DNA from: Salinispira sp.
GTDB lineage: Bacteria > Spirochaetota > Spirochaetia > DSM-27196 > Salinispiraceae
Length of the DNA stretch: 64,000 nt
Assembly: GCA_965602015.1 (NCBI GenBank)
Contig: OZ271918.1
Span: 3,072,001 to 3,136,000, forward strand
Direction: 5' to 3'
The position numbers and the translations under genes are program-made. The notes beneath the pieces are model-generated. The model was given only the letters and a program-made list of their open reading frames with translations, was not told where the DNA came from and did no database searches. This document shows, one piece after another, positions 8,679-18,566 of the stretch. Position 1 is the stretch's first letter. Each line of letters begins with the position of its first letter.

Positions 8679-8783
8679 GCGCTATTCTACTTTTTTTTAT
8701 GTACTTTTTGAACGGTTGGCCCTAAGATTTTTATAGGGTTCGCGGGTTCGCGGATCTGCCAGAAGCATACTCGGAGGTACCCC

Positions 8784-9551
8784 ATGCAGACCTACTTTTA
8801 TCTGTCAATCTTTCCTACTCAGGCGTTGATCGCGAGCCAACTCGAGCCACGGCATTTCGGCAGCTATATGGCCACCGGAAAAAAGAACGGATCGTTTGAG
8901 CGCATTATTTTTATTGAGGTAGAGGGGGGCTTCGGGGAATACTTCGACTGGGAATATGCCCGGAAGCGCTGCGTCCTCCATGAGGACGGTCGCCCGAAAA
9001 ACTCCGTATGGCTCAGCGTATACCGGGCACTGGAGCACACGCCGCTCACAGCCCTGAAATCCCTCTATCTCGTCACCAAGGATGGCCGGTCGCTCGAAAT
9101 TCCGTCAAAGTCATACTCGGCACCGAAGAACACCCAGTATTACGTCTACAACGAGCTGTGCCCCATTAACCCTTTGGTGGTCAGCCGACTGGACCCCCAT
9201 GATTTCGGCGCGTATATGACGAATCCTAAGGTAAAAGTATCGGTTCCGAAGGTGGTCTTTGCGGACTTAAAAACCATCGATCTGGATAATCCCGAGCAAA
9301 CGGGAAACATCGGCCCGACCTATGACCGGAACCTGGAGCACTTCAAGGACTGCGTTCAGGCGGTTTCAGATGATCCTGAAAAAATGAATAAAAATGTCGA
9401 ACGCAGCCATTCGGAGAGCTTCTCGTACAATATCATCAACCGGGGAATTTATGTGTGCCAGGGAGAGGACACGGTGTTCTTCCCGATGCCCGACGTGGGC
9501 GTCCTTCGTCAGAAGCACTACGACTGGGCACGCTCTGCGATGATTCTCTGA
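8784..9551 (+). CDS. Hypothetical protein with an internal two-domain duplication
   Basis: RBS GGAGG. The two halves share Y...P...S.L.P..FG.YM...(I/V)(I/V)F and (F/Y)DW. Confidence 0.8.
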   Translation: MQTYFYLSIFPTQALIASQLEPRHFGSYMATGKKNGSFERIIFIEVEGGFGEYFDWEYARKRCVLHEDGRPKNSVWLSVYRALEHTPLTALKSLYLVTKDGRSLEIPSKSYSAPKNTQYYVYNELCPINPLVVSRLDPHDFGAYMTNPKVKVSVPKVVFADLKTIDLDNPEQTGNIGPTYDRNLEHFKDCVQAVSDDPEKMNKNVERSHSESFSYNIINRGIYVCQGEDTVFFPMPDVGVLRQKHYDWARSAMIL

Positions 9552-9602
9552 CACCCGGCCGGCTCTACCCAGAAGCCGTCGGGCTCATTATACTTTGCGC
9601 CA

Positions 9603-10901
9603 ATGATTGAATACGAACAACTCGACATAGAACGGGCGGTCCTGGTAACCATCAGACCCCGGGAACTCAGCGAGCGCGAAGCCCGCAATCACCTCGAAGA
9701 ACTAGAGGGCCTGTGCAGAACGCTGGGCTTTGAGAGCGCCGGTGAGTTTATCATCCCGATTAAAGAGCCTCAGCCGAAATATCTCGTTGGCAGCGGTTGG
9801 GCCGAGGAAATATCTGTACAGGCGGAAGCCCTGGAGGCCGACTATATCGTGTTCGACGACGACCTCAGTCCTAGTCAGCAGCGAAACCTCGAAAAGCTCT
9901 GCAAAAAACCGGTTATCGACCGGCACCAGGTTATCATCGATATTTTCGCCGACCGCGCGCAAACGAGGGAGGCCAGCCTGCAGGTCGAACTGGCACGACT
10001 GGTGTACAGCCTTCCACGGCTGCGCCGGATGTGGACCCACCTTTCCCGTCAGCGGGGAGGCGCTAAGGGAACCCGGGGAGAGGGAGAAACCCAGCTGGAG
10101 GTCGACCGCCGGCTCGTGGAAGCCCGTATAGGCAAACTGAAGGCGGAACTTAAGCAGGTGCGCAGTCAGCGGGGCACCCTGAGAAAACACCGTGAATCCG
10201 TTCCGGTTCCCACCGCCGCCATTGTCGGCTACACCAACGCGGGGAAGTCCAGCCTGCACCACGCCCTGACGGCCTCTGAGATTCTCGTCGAAGACAAGCT
10301 CTTCGCCACCCTGGATCCGACCACTCGGCGCTATCGACTGCCGAGCGGCATGGAGCTTCTGGTCACCGATACCGTAGGCTTCATCAGAAAGCTGCCCCAT
10401 GACCTGGTAGATGCCTTCAAGTCCACCCTGGAAGAAACCGTCCTTGCCCACTTCCTCCTTCATTTGGTGGACATAACCAATCAGGATTTCCGCCAGCACA
10501 TCGAAACGACCCGGGAAGTGCTGGAAGAAATCGGAGCGGAAGACAAGCCGGAGATTCTCGTTTTTAATAAATGCGATCTGGCCAGTCCGGAGCATCGGAT
10601 GTACGTAATGCAGGAGTATCCCGACGCCTTGTATATCTCCGCAAAAACCGGCGACGGTTTCACTGAACTCTCCGAGGCAGTCGAACGGGAGATGATGAAA
10701 AATCTCTCCTCGGTCACCATTACCCTGCCTCACAGCCGAAGTGATGTGGTTGCCCTGGCTCACCGGGAGGGCACCGTGCTGGACACCGAGTATCTGGACG
10801 ACCACATCATTCTCAAAGCCCTGCTTCCCGGACGGGTAATTAATCGTCTCGCCGAATTCCCTGTTGAGTTCACCGCCGCCGTTCCCGCGGAGCCGGAGTG
10901 A
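9603..10901 (+). CDS. hflX: GTPase HflX
   Basis: LSPSQQRNLE, GEGETQLEVDRR, GYTNAGKSS, DKLFATLDPT, DTVGF and NKCD. Confidence 0.97.
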   Translation: MIEYEQLDIERAVLVTIRPRELSEREARNHLEELEGLCRTLGFESAGEFIIPIKEPQPKYLVGSGWAEEISVQAEALEADYIVFDDDLSPSQQRNLEKLCKKPVIDRHQVIIDIFADRAQTREASLQVELARLVYSLPRLRRMWTHLSRQRGGAKGTRGEGETQLEVDRRLVEARIGKLKAELKQVRSQRGTLRKHRESVPVPTAAIVGYTNAGKSSLHHALTASEILVEDKLFATLDPTTRRYRLPSGMELLVTDTVGFIRKLPHDLVDAFKSTLEETVLAHFLLHLVDITNQDFRQHIETTREVLEEIGAEDKPEILVFNKCDLASPEHRMYVMQEYPDALYISAKTGDGFTELSEAVEREMMKNLSSVTITLPHSRSDVVALAHREGTVLDTEYLDDHIILKALLPGRVINRLAEFPVEFTAAVPAEPE

Positions 10902-11869
10902 GGGAGCGGCTGCCCCGGCTGGACACAGCCCCGGAGCTCCGGGCACGGCTGCTGGCCCATTGCCGGCTACAGCCCGGTGAAACCTGGTACGACCCTAGCG
11001 GCCGCCATGCGGTAGCCGTCCTCGATGCCCGGGATGGCGATTCTGCCGATAAGGTTCGCAGAACCGGTGATTTTCCCCCGCCGGTCATGCTTATTGCCGA
11101 TCCCCCGTACAACTTCGCCGTGGGGGGCCGGAAGAGCACCCAGCTTTTCAGCGGGGACAGCGGACATTATATACGCTTCAGCAGGCAGTGGGTAAGCGCC
11201 GCCGTCCAAACACTGGCCGCAGACGCCCATCTATACATTTGGCTCGGCGCCGATCAGAACGACGGGTTCCAGCCTCTTCCGGAATTCATGATTATGATGC
11301 GGGAGTTCACCGGACTCAGGTCCCGAAGCATGATCACCATGAGGAACCAACGGGGATACGGAACCCAAAAAAACTGGATGAGCGTTCGTCAGGAACTGCT
11401 TTATTACCTCAAAGGCAAACCGGAATTCACGGCCCAATACACGGAAATCCCCAGGCTCCTCAGGGGATATTACAAGAACTCACGTTCCAATGACGACCGA
11501 AGTAAAAACAGAAATATAAGACCGGGAAATGTTTGGGTCGATATCCAGCAGGTCTTTTACCGTCTTGAAGAAAACGTACCCGGAAGCTATGCTCAAAAAC
11601 CGATAAAAGCCCTCGAACGGGTTATATTATCCGGTAGCGGGCAGGATGAGGTTATATACGATCCCTTCGCTCATTCGGGAACCACCCTGATCGCCGCCGA
11701 GCGGAGCGGTCGACGATGCATCACCGCAGACATCGATCCGCTGTTTGCGGAAATCAGCATTCGTCGCTTAGAATGGTACAGGAAAACCGGAAAAACCGGC
11801 TGGCAATGGAATAATCCCTTTCCCGAGTCCGATATGCCCCCGGAGGCAGGGAAAATTCAGCCGGAATAA
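10898..11869 (+). CDS. Orphan amino (N6-A/N4-C) DNA methyltransferase, beta-class motif order
   Basis: Catalytic DPPY is N-terminal. QKP and the SAM-binding DPFAHSGTT are C-terminal. GTGA overlap with the hflX stop. Confidence 0.88.
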   Translation: MRERLPRLDTAPELRARLLAHCRLQPGETWYDPSGRHAVAVLDARDGDSADKVRRTGDFPPPVMLIADPPYNFAVGGRKSTQLFSGDSGHYIRFSRQWVSAAVQTLAADAHLYIWLGADQNDGFQPLPEFMIMMREFTGLRSRSMITMRNQRGYGTQKNWMSVRQELLYYLKGKPEFTAQYTEIPRLLRGYYKNSRSNDDRSKNRNIRPGNVWVDIQQVFYRLEENVPGSYAQKPIKALERVILSGSGQDEVIYDPFAHSGTTLIAAERSGRRCITADIDPLFAEISIRRLEWYRKTGKTGWQWNNPFPESDMPPEAGKIQPE

Positions 11870-11881
11870 GAGGTACGATAC

Positions 11882-12433
11882 ATGCTTCGAAAATTCATTC
11901 TCACAGCGCTAATCTTCGCACTTCTTTTGCCGGCCGGGCTTTTTGCCGAAGGCGGAGCCACGTCCTCCGGACTCAGGCTCGGGCAGCTCCAGAGCGAAGA
12001 AGCCCCTGAGGAAACCGATGAACCGATATACGACGGCGGGCTCAGCGGCATAACTGCAATAAGCGGCCGGGGCAAACTGGTTCTGGGACTGAGTCTCAGC
12101 GCCTTGGGAGCCGGGCTGGTAATTATGGGCGAAATTTACCGTCAGCCCTTCCTTGATGCCAGGGAAGCGTATAAATCAATAGATCCGAACAGTGCATCGG
12201 TTGCCGATATTACCGCAGCCCGGGATGATTTCGAGCAAAAGCGCTTGCTGCACTACATTCCGCTTTTCAGCGGCATTGCCATTAGCGGGGTGGGCCTGTT
12301 TATAACCATCGACGGGGCATTTTCCGTAGACATTTATGAACCGCGGCAATATACGCCGAACCCGGTTATCCCCCAGAGTGGCAGCGGTTTCCTCATTTCT
12401 CCGAATTTCAACGGATTAGTGCTGCGATTTTGA
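11882..12433 (+). CDS. Hypothetical exported/membrane protein
   Basis: Signal peptide plus two hydrophobic segments. RBS GAGG. Confidence 0.7.
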   Translation: MLRKFILTALIFALLLPAGLFAEGGATSSGLRLGQLQSEEAPEETDEPIYDGGLSGITAISGRGKLVLGLSLSALGAGLVIMGEIYRQPFLDAREAYKSIDPNSASVADITAARDDFEQKRLLHYIPLFSGIAISGVGLFITIDGAFSVDIYEPRQYTPNPVIPQSGSGFLISPNFNGLVLRF

Positions 12434-12474
12434 AAGCTTGCGCCCCAGGGAGGGGCATCACTATAATACAAGCA

Positions 12475-13026
12475 ATGAGCCCCGACCTTGTTTCCCCGAC
12501 AATTTTCACCCACAGCATGACCACGCCCGTCGGCCCGCTGCACATCGCAGTTGACAGAAACGGCGCTGTTTTGCGCCTGAGTTTCCTGCCCCTGACGGAG
12601 TTTCCCGAAGGAGCGGAAGTCGAGAGCAACCGCTATGCCTGCGGCGAGGTCGCCTACCAACTGGATCAGTACTTTCGCAGCCGGCTAAAACATTTCGACC
12701 TTGATGTGGTTCTGGAGGGTACGGATTTCCAGCTGGATGTGTGGTCGAGGCTGCAGAAGATTCCCTTTGGCACAACCGTAAGCTATGGAGAGGTGGCCCA
12801 AAAGATCGGCCGGAAATACGCCGCTCAAGCGGTTGGCCGGGCCGTAGGGCAGAATCCCGTGCCGATAATTATTCCCTGCCACCGGGTGGTTCCAAAAAAC
12901 GGAGGCATCGGCGAGTACGTGCTGAATCAGCTTGATCCGGAGAGGGGACGGGAGATTAAGGAATTTTTACTCGAACTCGAAACCAGGCCTACGCAGCATG
13001 ATGAAACTGCAGCGAATTTAACCTGA
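12475..13026 (+). CDS. ogt: Methylated-DNA--protein-cysteine methyltransferase
   Basis: GTDFQLDVW, IPFGTTVSY, AVGRAVGQNP and active site PCHRV. Confidence 0.93.
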   Translation: MSPDLVSPTIFTHSMTTPVGPLHIAVDRNGAVLRLSFLPLTEFPEGAEVESNRYACGEVAYQLDQYFRSRLKHFDLDVVLEGTDFQLDVWSRLQKIPFGTTVSYGEVAQKIGRKYAAQAVGRAVGQNPVPIIIPCHRVVPKNGGIGEYVLNQLDPERGREIKEFLLELETRPTQHDETAANLT

Positions 13027-13037
13027 TAAGGCGGAGG

Positions 13038-14606
13038 TCAGACCTCCGGAGCGGTATCGGGGCGGCCGGGTTTTATAAACATCTGCATCAGCTGAATGAA
13101 ATAATAGATTTTTTTGTACGCATCAGCCATGCGAGTTTTTATTGGGATCTCGGACATTGATTCGAGCTCTTTCCAGTTGATAATCAGCTCATGATCCTTC
13201 CGGTCAACATCCTCCAGCAGGCTCTTCAGATTTTTGCCAAAAGAAATCAGGTTTCCCGCAGATTCATTGATGATGGTGATCGCCATCTCGTTAATTTCCT
13301 TAACCATGGTCTGGACATTTCGGGCAGATGCCGGTTCCTTCTCCACCACCCGGGCGAGACTGCGTTTCAGCCGGCCACCCAGCTCCCCTTCCTCATTTAA
13401 GCCGTCATCAAACTGGAGAAGCTGTTCGGACATTTCAAGAACCCGGTAGTAGGCGTCGGACATTTGCTGCGACATGACATTTGTCGACCATTTGCCTCTG
13501 ACCAGCAGCAGATCTTCCAGCTCTCGGATATCCTTTTTGAAGAAATCCAGGAGAAAGGTCTTGAGGTAATTCATCGGGGTCAGGTAGCGATATTCCACAT
13601 TCAGTTTTTTGCTGAACATCATATTGGCTTTCTCGGTGTAGTTTTTCATCCTGGGAGTCGGATTGGCGCCAAAAACCATTACGCAGAGCTGATCGACCTT
13701 GGCATTGCGCTTTTCCAGAAGTATCCGCTGCACCACATTCTCGGTTTTCACCTTGAGGGCGTCCAGATAGCTTTCGACGATGCGCACCCGGGTGAGCTCG
13801 AGCGGAGCCTTCCAATACGGGTCCTGATCGAGATGCTGAACGATCATTGAGAGAATATTCGAACCGACGATATTTTTCAGCGCATTCATCAAGCGGGTCC
13901 ATGCCTGCCGATTGACTACCTCCACTCCCTTGTAGGACGCAAGGATGTCGAACACGGGATTCCAATCGGCCTCCCGATCAAGGGGAAGCAGGACCTCGAG
14001 AAAATCTTTGATATCATCGCTAACATAGTCGCCGTTGATTTGCTCGAGTTTCGGCGCGTTACTGACGTTTCCTTCCTGAAATGAAGCATCGTATTTCTTG
14101 AGCACGAAATAATAATCGAAATTTACGAATTCTATGAACCGCAAAATCATGTTGTAGGCCTCGTCGACCCGATTCACCATTGAACTGTCGAAGCTGCTGA
14201 AAAAACTCACCATATTATCCTTGAGTTGTGTGGCATGCACTTTCGGATCCATGGTTTTGGCGTTTTCCCGGATTTTCGCCTCGTCAAAGCTCTCCGCCAG
14301 GGCTTTTTGCTCTTCAGTCATGTACTGATCAATGCACAGCCCCCGGAGCGCCTGGCTGCTGGAGGCGTTTTGCATGAGCGAACTTGCGCTGGCGGTGATT
14401 TTATAAATTTCAAAGAAGAATTTGCCGAGGCCAGGGAGCGCGACGTTGCCCCGCGGTCGATAGAACTTGTAACGGACCCTCGACAGGTCCTTGCCGATCT
14501 GCTTGAGCAGTTTCTTTTTCTCCCGCTCGGGATCATTGCCCCCGGTAAAGAAATTTAGCAGCCAGGAGATGAAGTTACCGCTATCGTTGGCAGAGTTGTC
14601 TGACAT
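13038..14606 (-). CDS. Conserved spirochete helical protein (DUF5312-like)
   Basis: About 520-aa ORF with DPEREKKKLLKQI and FDYYFVLKKYD. Family recognised from memory. Confidence 0.7.
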   Translation of the reverse strand: MSDNSANDSGNFISWLLNFFTGGNDPEREKKKLLKQIGKDLSRVRYKFYRPRGNVALPGLGKFFFEIYKITASASSLMQNASSSQALRGLCIDQYMTEEQKALAESFDEAKIRENAKTMDPKVHATQLKDNMVSFFSSFDSSMVNRVDEAYNMILRFIEFVNFDYYFVLKKYDASFQEGNVSNAPKLEQINGDYVSDDIKDFLEVLLPLDREADWNPVFDILASYKGVEVVNRQAWTRLMNALKNIVGSNILSMIVQHLDQDPYWKAPLELTRVRIVESYLDALKVKTENVVQRILLEKRNAKVDQLCVMVFGANPTPRMKNYTEKANMMFSKKLNVEYRYLTPMNYLKTFLLDFFKKDIRELEDLLLVRGKWSTNVMSQQMSDAYYRVLEMSEQLLQFDDGLNEEGELGGRLKRSLARVVEKEPASARNVQTMVKEINEMAITIINESAGNLISFGKNLKSLLEDVDRKDHELIINWKELESMSEIPIKTRMADAYKKIYYFIQLMQMFIKPGRPDTAPEV

Positions 14607-14670
14607 GATACTTACACTAAGAGAAATGTCAGCAGTTGTCAATTAAGTGCCAACTTGCTATGCTCTGGCT

Positions 14671-16008
14671 ATGAATGCCATTGCCCAAGAACTCAATAAA
14701 CAATTAACAGACAGCGTGGCGGCCCGCCTCCTATCGGATCTGGGAAAGAAGATGTTTTTCCCCAAGGGAATAGTTGCTCAGAGCGCTGAGGCTACTCAAA
14801 GGGCCGATAAGTTAAACGCGACCATTGGAATGGCATATAAAAACCGGCAGGCCTTCGCCCTTCCCTTGCTGGGTGAAATGCTCCCCGGTTTAAGCAACGC
14901 GGAGGCCGTGGCCTACGCTCCCACCGCCGGAGTTCCGGCCCTCCGTCGGCGCTGGAGAGAGCTGCAGATCGAACGGAACCCGGCTATGGCCGGCATGGCC
15001 TGCAGCCTCCCCGTGGTGGTGGCGGGATTGACCTCGGGAATTTTTCAGATTGCCGAGCTGTTCGCCAACCCTGGGGACCGGGTTCTTATCCCCGATATGT
15101 TCTGGGGAAACTACCGCATGGTTCTCAGTGAGCGCAGAGAAGCGGTCATTGAGAATTTCCGCTTTTTTAATGATAACGGCCGTTTTAACCTCGCAGATTT
15201 CGCACAACGGCTCGGCGAGTGCGCCGAAGCCTCCCGGGGTGCAGACGGCCGAGGCAAATTGATGGTTCTGCTGAACTTTCCGAACAACCCGACGGGATAC
15301 AGTCCCACGGAATCCGAGGCTCATGCCATCGCAAAAATCCTCGGGGAAACCGCCGACAAAGACTGCGACATCCTCACCGTGCACGATGACGCGTATTTCG
15401 GACTCTTCTATGAAGAGGATTTGTACCGGCAAAGCCTATTTACCTTATGCGGTAATCTCCATGAGAATATCCTTGCGGTAAAAATCGACGGCGCAACCAA
15501 AGAAGAGTACGCATGGGGATTCCGGGTCGGTTTTATGAGCTTCGCATCCAAGGGCACCTCCGCCGAGGGGTTCGATCCCCTCATTAAAAAACTCATGGGC
15601 TCCATTCGGGGAACCGTCAGCAATTGTCCGGGAATCAGCCAAAATCTCCTGTTAAAAATCTTTGATCATCCTGGGTACCGCTCGCAAAAACGTGAAGCCG
15701 AGGAGGATCTTACCCGTCGATACCTCAAAGTCAGGGCATTACTGGATGAGGCGTACAAGGGAAGCGAAGGAGAATCCCTCTCGAATATCATAACCCCGCT
15801 GCCCTTCAACTCAGGATATTTCATGGCATTTAGGATAGATACAATCTCCGCAGAAGACCTGAGGCTATCCCTCCTGGACCGGGGTATCGGCAGCATCGCC
15901 ATTGGAGAGAACTATCTGCGCCTGGCCTTTGCCGCAATCGACGAGGACGATTTGGCTGAATTGTACCGTGAAGTTTTTAGTGCGGCCCGGAATCTGGCAG
16001 ACGCCTGA
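14671..16008 (+). CDS. PLP-dependent aminotransferase, class I/II
   Basis: NATIG, NFPNNPTGY, DDAYFG and KIDGATKEEYAWGFRVG. Confidence 0.92.
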   Translation: MNAIAQELNKQLTDSVAARLLSDLGKKMFFPKGIVAQSAEATQRADKLNATIGMAYKNRQAFALPLLGEMLPGLSNAEAVAYAPTAGVPALRRRWRELQIERNPAMAGMACSLPVVVAGLTSGIFQIAELFANPGDRVLIPDMFWGNYRMVLSERREAVIENFRFFNDNGRFNLADFAQRLGECAEASRGADGRGKLMVLLNFPNNPTGYSPTESEAHAIAKILGETADKDCDILTVHDDAYFGLFYEEDLYRQSLFTLCGNLHENILAVKIDGATKEEYAWGFRVGFMSFASKGTSAEGFDPLIKKLMGSIRGTVSNCPGISQNLLLKIFDHPGYRSQKREAEEDLTRRYLKVRALLDEAYKGSEGESLSNIITPLPFNSGYFMAFRIDTISAEDLRLSLLDRGIGSIAIGENYLRLAFAAIDEDDLAELYREVFSAARNLADA

Positions 16009-16011
16009 GTC

Positions 16012-17304
16012 GTGTTGAGAGCCCCATCCATCACAGCCCTGCTCCGGTTTCTGGCAAAGACCGTGGTGAGAAATACCGTCTTATTTCTCTCTCTTGCCGT
16101 GCTGACGGCGGCGGCTTTTAGCTCCTGCGATTCCCGGCCTCCCCTCCAAGTAGTCACTGATATTCCCGAAGTAATTGAATACGCCGAGTACCTGCGCAGC
16201 AGCACCGACACCAGCGATTTTTCCCTGCGCTTTATCCGTGAACCTGATCGCGCCATTGCCCTGGGAGAAATTTCTGCCGATGTGATCATTTCTCATAATA
16301 TCGCTCACGAAGGATTCTCGGGCTTTCTGCATCCCATTCCCCTTGTGCAGCTCAGGAGCGCCGCAAAAAGCCTGGACGACGGATTTGCTTTACAGGACAT
16401 GTATCCCGAATCCTATGAACCCTTTGTTGAAGACAACAGCGTACGGGTCATGCCCCTGGCATTCGACATTCCGATTGTATACCTGAGCGATCCGCTGCTG
16501 CGGGCGATCGGCGAGCGGGATTCGATAGACTATCGTTCGCTGCTTACTACAGCCGCTGAATTTAACCGCCGTTCACGAGACAACTATTCCGAAATGGGGT
16601 TCTCAAGTCTTCGAAATATCCGGTTCATCGAACTGTTGCTCAACGACCTGACTGGGATTCGTGGCGGGCTGCCCGACGAGGAAACATTGGGAGCGGCCCT
16701 GGTTGAACTGGTTAATCTCCTCAACGAAAGCGGCCAGGAACCCGATGCCCAATTATATTACAATCAGGTATTCGCCTATGCGCCGGACCACAGTGTGATT
16801 GAGTCGGGCCGGCTTCATGCATCCTTCGGCTCTCTTTCCGGTCGGAGCGCTGCCCACGAGTCGCTCATTGCCCGCCTTCCCTTCGTATGGCTCACCTCGT
16901 CGGACGGCCTTGAGCTCCAATCTCCTGGGATCTATGCCGGCGTTTCGCGGCAGAGTTCTCAACGGATGAGATCAATTCACTTCATCAGGGAACTTCTCAG
17001 CGCTCAGAATCAGGCGGGTTTTATGTCGGAACGTCCCTATGGCGATATCGAAGCCTTCCTCAACCGGCTCAGCACAAACAGGATCATTAATGAGAATGTT
17101 TTTCCCGAACGCAACACCGGCCTGGTGCTGCCCGGAGAAACCGAGCTCATTTTTCCCGGAGTTCCGGTAGAGCTTTGGGACCGGGTGCGGCGGGAGGCTT
17201 TGCATCCCTGGCTTGAAGATTTTCTGGCAGGCGTCTCCCCGGGGCCCGCAGAGCTGAACCGAGCGGTAGAGAACTTCTACCGGCTGAACGGCGGCTACAA
17301 CTAA
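16012..17304 (+). CDS. Lipoprotein resembling a carbohydrate ABC solute-binding protein; start uncertain
   Basis: Lipobox-like AFSSC and MPLAFDIPIV. Lies upstream of a sugar ABC ATPase. Confidence 0.65.
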   Translation: MLRAPSITALLRFLAKTVVRNTVLFLSLAVLTAAAFSSCDSRPPLQVVTDIPEVIEYAEYLRSSTDTSDFSLRFIREPDRAIALGEISADVIISHNIAHEGFSGFLHPIPLVQLRSAAKSLDDGFALQDMYPESYEPFVEDNSVRVMPLAFDIPIVYLSDPLLRAIGERDSIDYRSLLTTAAEFNRRSRDNYSEMGFSSLRNIRFIELLLNDLTGIRGGLPDEETLGAALVELVNLLNESGQEPDAQLYYNQVFAYAPDHSVIESGRLHASFGSLSGRSAAHESLIARLPFVWLTSSDGLELQSPGIYAGVSRQSSQRMRSIHFIRELLSAQNQAGFMSERPYGDIEAFLNRLSTNRIINENVFPERNTGLVLPGETELIFPGVPVELWDRVRREALHPWLEDFLAGVSPGPAELNRAVENFYRLNGGYN

Positions 17305-17327
17305 ACCATTTCACCAGATGCTTTTAC

Positions 17328-17356
17328 TTGACAGGCTATTACTCTCCCCCTATCAT
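17328..17356 (+). promoter_or_regulatory. Sigma70-type promoter of the sugar ABC ATPase gene
   Basis: TTGACA, 17 bp, TATCAT. Confidence 0.7.
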
Positions 17357-17391
17357 TATCGAATAAGATAAAATGATGGAGGTCCCATCTT

Positions 17392-18492
17392 ATGGCAACA
17401 GTTGAACTGAAAAATGTCAACAAAGTGTATGATGGCGGTGTTCATGCGGTAAAAGACGCAAACATCACCATCCAGGACAAGGAATTTGTCGTCCTTGTCG
17501 GCCCTTCCGGCTGTGGCAAGACCACAACACTCCGCATGGTTGCGGGGCTCGAGGATATCTCCGGCGGCGAACTTTATATCGATGGCAAGCTCGTCAACGA
17601 TGTTCCCCCGAAAGACCGGGATATCGCGATGGTTTTCCAAAACTACGCCCTGTATCCTCACATGACCGTATTCGACAACATGGCCTTCGGCCTGAAGATT
17701 CGAAAATACGACAAGGAAGAGATACAGAAGCGGGTTGATGAAGCTGCTGAAATCCTTGAAATCAAGGAACTGCTCGAGCGGCGTCCGAAGCAGCTTTCCG
17801 GTGGTCAGCGCCAACGTGTTGCGGTCGGACGGGCAATCGTACGGCACCCCAAGGTATTCCTCTTTGACGAGCCCCTTTCGAACCTCGATGCAAAGCTTCG
17901 GGTTCAGATGCGCGCTGAAATTTCATCGCTGCACACCCGCCTTCAGGCAACCATGATTTACGTAACCCATGACCAGGTAGAAGCCATGACCATGGGCGAC
18001 AAGATTGTTGTTATGCGGGACGGTATCATCCAGCAGATCGGTGATCCTCTCACCCTCTACAACAAACCGGTGAACCGCTTCGTAGCCGGCTTCATGGGTT
18101 CTCCTCCGATGAACTTCATGACCATGGAAATCAAGGAAGAAGGCGGAAAGGTCGTAGCTGACGAAGGCACCTTCTCCCTCAACGTCGATGGAAAGAACGC
18201 CGACGCCATCAAGCCCTATGTAGGTAAGAGCATGGTAATGGGCTTTCGCGCTGAAGACCTGGTATTCTCCGATAAGCCCCAGCCCGGCAAAACAATGCCC
18301 GTGAGCATCGGCGTAATCGAGCCCCTGGGTGCTGAAACCCATGTATACGGAAACACAACAAAGCATCAAATGATTGCCCGGGTCGAGCCCCATATCACCT
18401 TCAATGTGGGTGATACGGCGAACTTCGCTCCGAACATGCAAAAGGTCATTTTCTTCGACATGGAAACCGACCAGGCAGTAAATCTCGACTGA
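17392..18492 (+). CDS. Carbohydrate ABC transporter ATP-binding protein (MalK/MsmX/UgpC family)
   Basis: [33 protein letters not shown] and FMGSPPMN. Confidence 0.95.
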   Translation: MATVELKNVNKVYDGGVHAVKDANITIQDKEFVVLVGPSGCGKTTTLRMVAGLEDISGGELYIDGKLVNDVPPKDRDIAMVFQNYALYPHMTVFDNMAFGLKIRKYDKEEIQKRVDEAAEILEIKELLERRPKQLSGGQRQRVAVGRAIVRHPKVFLFDEPLSNLDAKLRVQMRAEISSLHTRLQATMIYVTHDQVEAMTMGDKIVVMRDGIIQQIGDPLTLYNKPVNRFVAGFMGSPPMNFMTMEIKEEGGKVVADEGTFSLNVDGKNADAIKPYVGKSMVMGFRAEDLVFSDKPQPGKTMPVSIGVIEPLGAETHVYGNTTKHQMIARVEPHITFNVGDTANFAPNMQKVIFFDMETDQAVNLD

Positions 18493-18516
18493 TTGCTTGT
18501 CCAAGATCCAACTGCT

Positions 18517-18552
18517 AAAAAACGCCGTTCCGGTTTGGAACGGCATTTTTTT
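18517..18552. terminator. Bidirectional intrinsic terminator
   Basis: A-run, GCCGTTCC-ggttt-GGAACGGC, T-run, between convergent genes. Confidence 0.85.
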
Positions 18553-18566
18553 ATGCCCGCTTGCGC

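Noticed and set aside
9702..10946. Long antisense ORFs (also 33857-34912, 35189-36280, 45648-46673, 51822-52694, 60885-62054)
   Set aside because: Each mirrors a well-supported gene on the opposite strand and shows no recognisable motifs. They are the shadows expected from codon bias.
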